52,435 nucleotides of DNA from a virus. Taxonomy: Duplodnaviria > Caudoviricetes. This document shows, piece by piece, positions 46,563 through 52,435 of the stretch; positions within the stretch are counted from its first letter, which is position 1, and the number at the start of each line of letters is the position of its first letter. The notes beneath the pieces were generated by a model. The model was given only the letters and a program-made list of their open reading frames with translations, was not told the origin of the DNA and searched no databases. The position numbers were made by a program, and so were the translations under genes. Location: the IMG/VR virus record IMGVR_UViG_3300049846_000543, positions 1 to 52,435 of that record. One strand, written 5' to 3'.

Positions 46563-47789
46563 TTACCTATTCTTTCTTAAATAAATGAAATCTGGTTTAA
46601 TTGGTGGAGGCACATCTCTAATAAAAGGATCATAATGAATCATTAAACCTAAAAAACAGATAGATGCTACTCTAGTTCCGGCATCAGTTTTACGTGCAGC
46701 TAGAATAGGATTGTTATTTATGTTTATAGTAAAGTTATAAGGATCTACAGGAGAACCAAATGCCCATCTCCAGTTTGAAGGAAATGTTCCTAAAGCTCCA
46801 ACATCACCACCATAAGTAAAAGTATCAATTTGTAAAGTGCTAGGATTATCAAAAACTTGAATTGAACCTGTTTTTGTACCTACAGAAACATCTTCACCAT
46901 GACAAGCTACAGCAAAAAAGCCATTTATTTCATCTAATTCTTTTATACCTAAATTTCTATATGTAGTTAAATTGACTCTATATTCATCGGTTGTATTATC
47001 ACCTGTTGAATCAGTACTTTCAATTTGTGTTAAATCTGTTTCAGTAGCTGTTCCTATAGGAGGTAGATTATTTACAGCATCAAAAAGATTAGTAGTACCA
47101 CCTACACCACCAGTCCATGAACCTCTTTGGTTGTCTGAAATAGGTATAGCTAATACTACTCTACCTTCATCACACCAACTAGTATTTCTAACTGCGGCAG
47201 AACTATTGTTTTGACAATAATCATCTAACCAAACTGTCGTTAATGCTCCACCGGGATCTGAAAGCCATCCCATTTTTGGAAGAGCACTTCCGCTTCCTGA
47301 AGCGGACCCACTAGCTACATTTTTTCCCTCTAAACGTAAAGCAGCGTTTGTAATAGCACCTAATGCTTTAGTAATAGCTAATTCAATTCTATACCAAGTA
47401 GTACTATCAGCTTTAATAATTTGTTCACTATTACTACCTATCTGAGCACCACTACCACTGTATAATCCTATAGTACCATCGGTATTTAATTTAACTAATA
47501 CATTTTCCCAGTTAATAATAGAAATTACTGACGCTGGTATTGCAGAAAAGCACATATAAATACGCATATAGTTGGTACCTTCAGATACTGTAGTTCCTGT
47601 ACCAACTGTAACGCTTGTGCCTGATCCAGATTGCCTAAGACATTGTATTGCGTAATTACCAGATCTTTTTGTACTAGAAACTACAGAAGGTGTACCTAAA
47701 TCAGTTAAAAAATCAGGAAATGAACCTACACCAACACCATCTGTTGGTGAAATATTTAATTCAGCACCACAGTAATGACCTAAATACAC
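46563..47789 (-). CDS. putative fibre-tip protein, ConA/LamG-like N-domain
   Basis: RSGNYA, TWYRIEL, VWLDD; Gly/Thr/Ser-rich. Confidence 0.65.
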   Translation of the reverse strand: MYLGHYCGAELNISPTDGVGVGSFPDFLTDLGTPSVVSSTKRSGNYAIQCLRQSGSGTSVTVGTGTTVSEGTNYMRIYMCFSAIPASVISIINWENVLVKLNTDGTIGLYSGSGAQIGSNSEQIIKADSTTWYRIELAITKALGAITNAALRLEGKNVASGSASGSGSALPKMGWLSDPGGALTTVWLDDYCQNNSSAAVRNTSWCDEGRVVLAIPISDNQRGSWTGGVGGTTNLFDAVNNLPPIGTATETDLTQIESTDSTGDNTTDEYRVNLTTYRNLGIKELDEINGFFAVACHGEDVSVGTKTGSIQVFDNPSTLQIDTFTYGGDVGALGTFPSNWRWAFGSPVDPYNFTININNNPILAARKTDAGTRVASICFLGLMIHYDPFIRDVPPPIKPDFIYLRKNR

Positions 47790-48263
47790 TTAAATCACCT
47801 TAACATTGATTGTTGTAGCATTCCACTTATATTTAGCAGAGATGCCAGGACAATTGCTATTAGCGAAATATAAAGTGTACTTAGATAGTACTGCAAAAGT
47901 TTGTACTTGCCCAGCACCAGCGTAATACTTTCCTCGTAGAACTGGAGGAGAATCTCCAGAACTAGTTACTGTCTTAGTCCACCATCGATAACCTTCTGCA
48001 TAATTCTTGATAAGAAGACCTACAGTAGATTTACGAACAGTAACATCAGCAACTTGAGAACAGTTCTTACCATCTACTCCACCTAAACGAACTCGAGCTC
48101 CAAACGGTGGATCAGGTTCATTTGTAGGATAAGTAGGAGGAATTTGTAAAGTTAAAGAAGGCTCCTGTGTCGCAGTAGAAGTATCTAAACTATTAGCTAC
48201 TAACGCACCTGTTGTTACTGCAAGTGCAGATAATCCCACTGCTGCAATTCCTTTTCGTCCCAT
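47790..48263 (-). CDS. secreted or membrane-anchored protein
   Basis: signal-like N-terminus MGRKGIAAVGLSALAVTTGALVA. Confidence 0.65.
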   Translation of the reverse strand: MGRKGIAAVGLSALAVTTGALVANSLDTSTATQEPSLTLQIPPTYPTNEPDPPFGARVRLGGVDGKNCSQVADVTVRKSTVGLLIKNYAEGYRWWTKTVTSSGDSPPVLRGKYYAGAGQVQTFAVLSKYTLYFANSNCPGISAKYKWNATTINVKVI

Positions 48264-48469
48264 TTAATATATCCTGTTTGATGTAATCTAGTTGCTAGGT
48301 GGGCTCTATTTTTTGCTCTTAATTTCCAAAGACACTTTTTCAAATGAGTCTTAGTAGTTTCTAAAGATACATTTAAAGTATCTGCTATTTCTTGATTAGT
48401 GTATCCTTGTGCTGCGAGAATCGCTGTTCTGAGTTGTATTGAAGATAAAGGTCGTAAATTCTCTCGCAT
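48215..48469 (-). CDS. stand-alone LuxR/GerE-type HTH regulator
   Basis: LAAQGYTNQEIADTLNVSLETTKTHLKK..KL.AKNR. Confidence 0.88.
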   Translation of the reverse strand: MRENLRPLSSIQLRTAILAAQGYTNQEIADTLNVSLETTKTHLKKCLWKLRAKNRAHLATRLHQTGYIKWDEKELQQWDYLHLQ

Positions 48470-48996
48470 AATTGGCTAATTCTCGATTCTGTAACATTGA
48501 TTTGTTTTGCAATCTCTGTCCCCGTATAGCCCTCTATGCGCATTAAAGCTACATAACGTTGTCTATCTGTCAAGGTATCTAAGAAATTTTCAAAATCTAT
48601 GTTAAAATCTATATTAGGAAGATTATCAGCTTTTAGTTCAAGTCCTGAACGTTCATCTGTATCTTCCATTAAAAGATCTAGAGAGTAAACAGTAAAACCT
48701 AGAAACTTAAAATTTTCCTCGTTATACTGTGATCTTTTGATACCTTTGTATTGTTGTACTAATTTTCGTCTTACATCTATCGATGCGCCATAAGCTCTTT
48801 GGTATAAATAACTTAATAAGGATGAACCTTTATCAGGATCATGTAAAGTGTAAGCTCTGTATAATTTTTCCTGTATTTCAGCTATAACATCATCTAACAT
48901 AAAATCGAACTGCATACAGTTCTTTAAAGCAAAATGTTTAGATAGACGCTTTATAGTTTCTATGTCTTCTTGCTTTATTTCCGATAGTGGCGGCAT
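48385..48996 (-). CDS. sigma-70 family RNA polymerase sigma factor (FliA/WhiG-like)
   Basis: region 2 HDPDKGSSLLSYLYQRAYGASIDVRR; region 4 LTDRQRYV...TEIAKQINVTESRISQL. Confidence 0.85.
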   Translation of the reverse strand: MPPLSEIKQEDIETIKRLSKHFALKNCMQFDFMLDDVIAEIQEKLYRAYTLHDPDKGSSLLSYLYQRAYGASIDVRRKLVQQYKGIKRSQYNEENFKFLGFTVYSLDLLMEDTDERSGLELKADNLPNIDFNIDFENFLDTLTDRQRYVALMRIEGYTGTEIAKQINVTESRISQLCERIYDLYLQYNSEQRFSQHKDTLIKK

Positions 48997-49004
48997 TTTA
49001 AGTC

Positions 49005-49039
49005 ATTATTGTTGGGGTGGGCCTTGCCCCAACAATAAT
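49005..49039 (-). terminator. terminator upstream of the sigma gene
   Basis: 13-bp IR ATTATTGTTGGGG/CCCCAACAATAAT. Confidence 0.7.
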
Positions 49040-49695
49040 TAATTCCAGACTACGAAACTGGAAGTTGCAGAGTTAGTTCCATCTGTAGCTGTTAGAATCC
49101 ATTTACCTGCTGCTTCTGCAAAGAACTTAGCATCTGTTGCACCTGTAGCTGCTGCACCACCTGAGAATGTTCCACCACCAAATGATAACTGAGTAGATGC
49201 TTCAGTTGATGCTAGTGAGTTACCACCAGTACCACCTGTTTTTGCTACTAAGAATAGAGTTGTAGCAGTAATTGTGCTAGCACGTACTGTTGGGTGTAAT
49301 GTTGTAGCAGCAGCATACTGAGTGCCAGATACGCCTGTTTGATTAATTGCATCTTTAAGGTTCTGTAGTGAAGCTGCTGCTGAAGCTCCGATAAGAACTT
49401 CGTTAGCGGCAGGAGTTAATGTGGTCTTGAATGTATATGTAACTGCACCAATTGTAACAGTATCGTTGTTTGCTACGTTAGTACCTGTTGAAGTAAGAGT
49501 TGCTACTGCAAAGTCTACTTCGTCAGTTGTACTGAAGCTGCCTGAACCATCTGTAGAAACTATTTCACGGAATGTTGCAAGCCCAGGCTTAGTGTATTCT
49601 AGAGTAACAGTTGTAGACGGAAGAAAGTCATCTCCGTCTACAATTACACCATCACCTTTATTGATATTTGTGGGAGATATTGAAAGAGTAGCCAT
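49039..49695 (-). CDS. putative virion protein (Ig-like frame with inserted domain)
   Basis: Thr/Ala/Gly-rich; NDTVTIGAVTYTF...NLKDAIN. Confidence 0.7.
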   Translation of the reverse strand: MATLSISPTNINKGDGVIVDGDDFLPSTTVTLEYTKPGLATFREIVSTDGSGSFSTTDEVDFAVATLTSTGTNVANNDTVTIGAVTYTFKTTLTPAANEVLIGASAAASLQNLKDAINQTGVSGTQYAAATTLHPTVRASTITATTLFLVAKTGGTGGNSLASTEASTQLSFGGGTFSGGAAATGATDAKFFAEAAGKWILTATDGTNSATSSFVVWN

Positions 49696-50097
49696 TTAGG
49701 TAATCTGTACCTTCCATGTTAGCTGTAGTGAATCACCGTTCAGTAGGTTAATTACGTTTAAAGTTGCAGACGTAATCATGTTACCTGCTGAGGAAGCATC
49801 AAAAAGCCCCGATTCGTCTACGGCCCTTGTTGCTGTAATTGAGATTGTACCAACTGACTGGTACGTATCGCCGGTCTGAGTAGTAGTAACGGTTGACTCA
49901 GTACCCGATGCGCGAGTTTCGACTTCAGTGGTTAATGCTGTATCTGATGCTGCTGCCGTTCGTGCTGCACCTGTTGCACCTGTACCAATTCCAATAAACT
50001 TAGGTGAAGTGGTATAAGTACCAGGAGTTGTTCTTGCACGATCAGCGAAAAGTGCCTTGCCTTTGTTCGTTAGAACAGTGGCTACACCGAATGCCAT
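49696..50097 (-). CDS. stand-alone tail-collar-fibre-like domain protein (putative fibre subunit)
   Basis: LTNKGKAL...IGIGTG...DTALTTE...ESGLFDA..GNM...GDSLQLTW. Confidence 0.75.
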   Translation of the reverse strand: MAFGVATVLTNKGKALFADRARTTPGTYTTSPKFIGIGTGATGAARTAAASDTALTTEVETRASGTESTVTTTQTGDTYQSVGTISITATRAVDESGLFDASSAGNMITSATLNVINLLNGDSLQLTWKVQIT

Positions 50098-50135
50098 GTT
50101 TTAACCTTTCTATCTAACGTAAAGTAATTTAACCT

Positions 50136-50390
50136 TTACTTGAGTGGTTTGTTGAATGGGCTCTTTGCGTGGCGGCTCATTACCTTTAAAGTTCCCCACA
50201 GCCTCTTTAGTGGGTTCTCGTGGTAAAAGGCAATTACACCTAAGTCAATAACATCTCCAGGTTTAACCTCTCTTCCTAATTTCTTTGTTAGAAGTTTAGC
50301 ACTTTCTTCACCAACGGTGACCGCGCCGTGTAATTCAGCCTGTTTAACATTAGCATTTGCTGAACGAATTATGACTCTAGGGGCCTTCAT
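50136..50390 (-). CDS. hypothetical protein
   Basis: ORF in late operon. Confidence 0.6.
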   Translation of the reverse strand: MKAPRVIIRSANANVKQAELHGAVTVGEESAKLLTKKLGREVKPGDVIDLGVIAFYHENPLKRLWGTLKVMSRHAKSPFNKPLK

Positions 50391-50410
50391 AATTTTGAAT
50401 TTGAATGGAA

Positions 50411-50653
50411 TTACGCTACTCGTTTAACTTCGTCTTCAGTGAGAGTCTTGCTACCGTGATCACCAAAGTCAACAACAACGTAAGTTAGCTCATCATTAGC
50501 AAAATTAACAATGGGACCTTCCATATGAACTGGAGGCCACTCTGATCCGTCTTCATAAGCTACTACATCACCAACACGAAATCGGTGCATTCTAGTCTCA
50601 TCAGCCATTTCAGTTAAACTCCTTTTACTTAATGTATTACCTAAGTTACCCAT
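50411..50653 (-). CDS. small SH3/KOW-like protein
   Basis: FRVGDVV..G.IV..YVVVDF; real start probably MADETR behind AAGGAG. Confidence 0.6.
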   Translation of the reverse strand: MGNLGNTLSKRSLTEMADETRMHRFRVGDVVAYEDGSEWPPVHMEGPIVNFANDELTYVVVDFGDHGSKTLTEDEVKRVA

Positions 50654-50654
50654 T

Positions 50655-50975
50655 TTAACTTTCCGAGGGAACTGGTGTTGCTTGAAGTTGTCTTATAATA
50701 TCTGCAATCTCATTCTCCTTCTTATCCATGACAGCAGGCTTGCCGAGAGCATATTCGAATACGAGTTTACAGGCTGAAAGACGGACTGCATCCTCTTTGT
50801 CACCTGTTCGGAGAATTTGCGAAAGTGAACTAGTTGCTTCTGGAAGCAAAGCCGCCAAATCACGTCTAGCACTATCTGCGATTTCTTCTGCACTACCAGT
50901 AGTAGCTAAATGGAGTTCCTGCTCCATCGCTTTACGGTATTCGGCAAGATTTTGAGCTAAGGGTTTATCTTCCAT
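50655..50975 (-). CDS. putative terminase small subunit
   Basis: first late gene; helical, DAVRLSACKLVFEYALGKP motif. Confidence 0.55.
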   Translation of the reverse strand: MEDKPLAQNLAEYRKAMEQELHLATTGSAEEIADSARRDLAALLPEATSSLSQILRTGDKEDAVRLSACKLVFEYALGKPAVMDKKENEIADIIRQLQATPVPSES

Positions 50976-51256
50976 AATCCTATTAATCCTATGGTTAGAT
51001 TGTAGTTGGATGGTAGCGACTAGTGTACGTGCAGGGTCGCGCGTAGTGACACTAATAATACAGCATGGTTACGTATACTAGTGTTTCAAAAATTCCATTC
51101 GTTATAGTTTGATTTTTTGATTTTAAGAATTTAGAGATTCTGATTTTGAAAATTTTACTTCGGAGTTACTTGGGGAGTAAAGCGCACAGTGGTCGTCGCG
51201 CGCGTTATAGTTCCTCTTGTGAGTTGAAGTTAGTCACCTAGATCGGAGGGATCGGA

Positions 51257-51526
51257 ATGGACGATCGTATGGTCATTCGCGCGGATGCCCGCGCAATGGG
51301 AGCAGTCACCGCAGTATCTCCGCGCGCATCGGCACGGTGGATCGGGAGTGGTACGAAGTCTGGTCCGTGTACGTCCCGATTCGGCGACGGTCCCGCAATT
51401 CCCTTCGTCCGCACGCGCGACACATCCGAACGAGTCACGCGTAAAATTCTCTCCGCACGTGAGGCACATCGGCACATGCTCCGCGAGTCGGCGCTCGGCA
51501 AGCTCGGAGAGGCAGAACAGTACTGA
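51257..51526 (+). CDS. GC-rich hypothetical protein
   Basis: GGAGG RBS plus ATG, followed by a hairpin; may be non-coding. Confidence 0.4.
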   Translation: MDDRMVIRADARAMGAVTAVSPRASARWIGSGTKSGPCTSRFGDGPAIPFVRTRDTSERVTRKILSAREAHRHMLRESALGKLGEAEQY

Positions 51527-51543
51527 GAGGCGCAAGCCTCTCA
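51524..51543 (+). terminator. GCAA-capped hairpin
   Basis: TGAGAGGC-GCAA-GCCTCTCA. Confidence 0.55.
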
Positions 51544-51613
51544 CACTCTCCCCCCACCACTTTCACGCTGCGCATAGTTAGCTATTGCGCGCGATGATAC
51601 CCGAATTTTTCAC

Positions 51614-51642
51614 TTGACAGTGTGAGCGTAGGATGCTACAAT
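51614..51642 (+). promoter_or_regulatory. strong early SigA-type promoter
   Basis: TTGACA-17bp-TACAAT, extended -10 TGn, T-tract upstream. Confidence 0.85.
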
Positions 51643-51670
51643 CACACTATCGAAAGAAAGGAAAAGAAAA

Positions 51671-51937
51671 GTGGCATACACAATCGGAATGAGAAATAGG
51701 AAACAGCTAGTCGAGGATGATCGCTGTAAGTGTGGTGAGATCGCGATCGTTTCAAAGACTGTCGACGGTATGCGATATCACTTCTGTGCGAATCATCTCG
51801 GAACACCAGTACAGTCAGAAGAAGACGAAGTGATGAGCGCGGTCATGGAATTCATCAATCGACCGAAGATCACTCCAACAACACAACCGATGCTCGGAGC
51901 ACCTACCGATGACGGTGGAAGGAAACGGTGGATCTGA
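51671..51937 (+). CDS. early hypothetical protein, Zn finger
   Basis: CKCGE...FCANH; AAGGA RBS. Confidence 0.65.
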   Translation: MAYTIGMRNRKQLVEDDRCKCGEIAIVSKTVDGMRYHFCANHLGTPVQSEEDEVMSAVMEFINRPKITPTTQPMLGAPTDDGGRKRWI

Positions 51938-52170
51938 TGGATCAGGAATTCCTCGACTATATGTCAAATAAGATCAGTGAGGGAGATCATGGAGCTTTGA
52001 TCTGTCTCTCAGCACTGAATCTTTACATGGGAGATTACACTCGTAGTCTGATTCACTGTGATTGGGAGAGTTTTCTCCGCACACGCCCCGTCAAAGAGAA
52101 TATCTGGAAAGCGATTCGCGCTGGACAGTATCTCAGAGAAAGGAAACGTGAAGAATGTTCAGATGGTTGA
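51928..52170 (+). CDS. hypothetical protein
   Basis: overlapping coupling. Confidence 0.55.
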   Translation: MDLMDQEFLDYMSNKISEGDHGALICLSALNLYMGDYTRSLIHCDWESFLRTRPVKENIWKAIRAGQYLRERKREECSDG

Positions 52171-52359
52171 CATACAACTTTCCACAGAATCGACGTAAGA
52201 GAGTAAATCGGATTTTGTGGCAAATCCGGCTTTGGTACTAGAGAAGAACCCCACAAAATCATCGAATCCGCGAAATCGGAGGTAATGTCTTCTAGACAAC
52301 TGTACATACTTGCATAGTCAAGTGAGCAGAGTAGCGGGTAGCAAGAGTATGCTATTTTT

Positions 52360-52435
52360 CTAGTAGAAAACTGGAAAATAGTCCAACCTAGCTACTATAG
52401 TATATATTATATATAGATATTTTTATATATAGTAT
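52360..52435. other. AT-rich putative replication origin region
   Basis: near-pure (TA)n tract; ACTGGAAAA at 52370 and at window position 3. Confidence 0.4.

Noticed and set aside
51230-51581. Multiple overlapping ORFs in the GC-rich island
   Set aside because: Expected from stop-codon scarcity at high GC; only 51257-51526 has an RBS and was kept at low confidence
52166-52200. TTGACA as an additional promoter
   Set aside because: No acceptable -10 hexamer at 16-18 bp
1-52435. Integrase/lysogeny module, DGR/reverse transcriptase, introns/inteins, stop-codon recoding
   Set aside because: No recombinase or RT motifs seen; TerL, PolA, primase and capsid genes are uninterrupted and of normal length in the standard code

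Overview
Apparently complete, circularly permuted genome of a lytic siphovirus-type tailed phage (AT-rich, roughly 35-40% GC by eye). The host is probably a Gram-positive Actinomycetota; this is an inference from the NlpC/P60 endolysin, the Rpf/SLT-like enzyme, an actinophage-like tail chaperone motif and TAGRRT -10 boxes. There are two arms. The + strand early/replication arm (51257 to end, wrapping to 1-21927) carries a SNF2 helicase, deaminase, Cas4-like nuclease, Sak4-like ATPase, SSB, primase-helicase, dNMP kinase, ThyX, UDG-PolA fusion, RuvC-like resolvase, phosphoesterase and 3 tRNAs. The - strand late arm (50975 to 22013) carries terminase, Mu-like portal, S49 protease/scaffold, capsid, tail and lysis genes. 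No integrase, CRISPR array or reverse transcriptase is visible. The strongest novelty candidate is a fibre-assembly system: a 928-aa protein of about 46 basic 18-aa beta-repeats with an 8-unit super-period, a 5-repeat paralogue in the tail-tip module, each followed by a paralogous ~100-aa adaptor, and a stand-alone 133-aa tail-collar-fibre-like subunit. The long version sits in an 8-kb insert between the terminase subunits, together with a FliA/WhiG-like sigma factor and a LuxR HTH. Other oddities are a chain of interlocking long hairpins (2655-2940), a leader hairpin whose loop is complementary to its own promoter, a tRNA-Ile(UAU) and a hyperacidic micropeptide coupled to the endolysin. All family assignments come from motif recognition by eye; no database searches were run.
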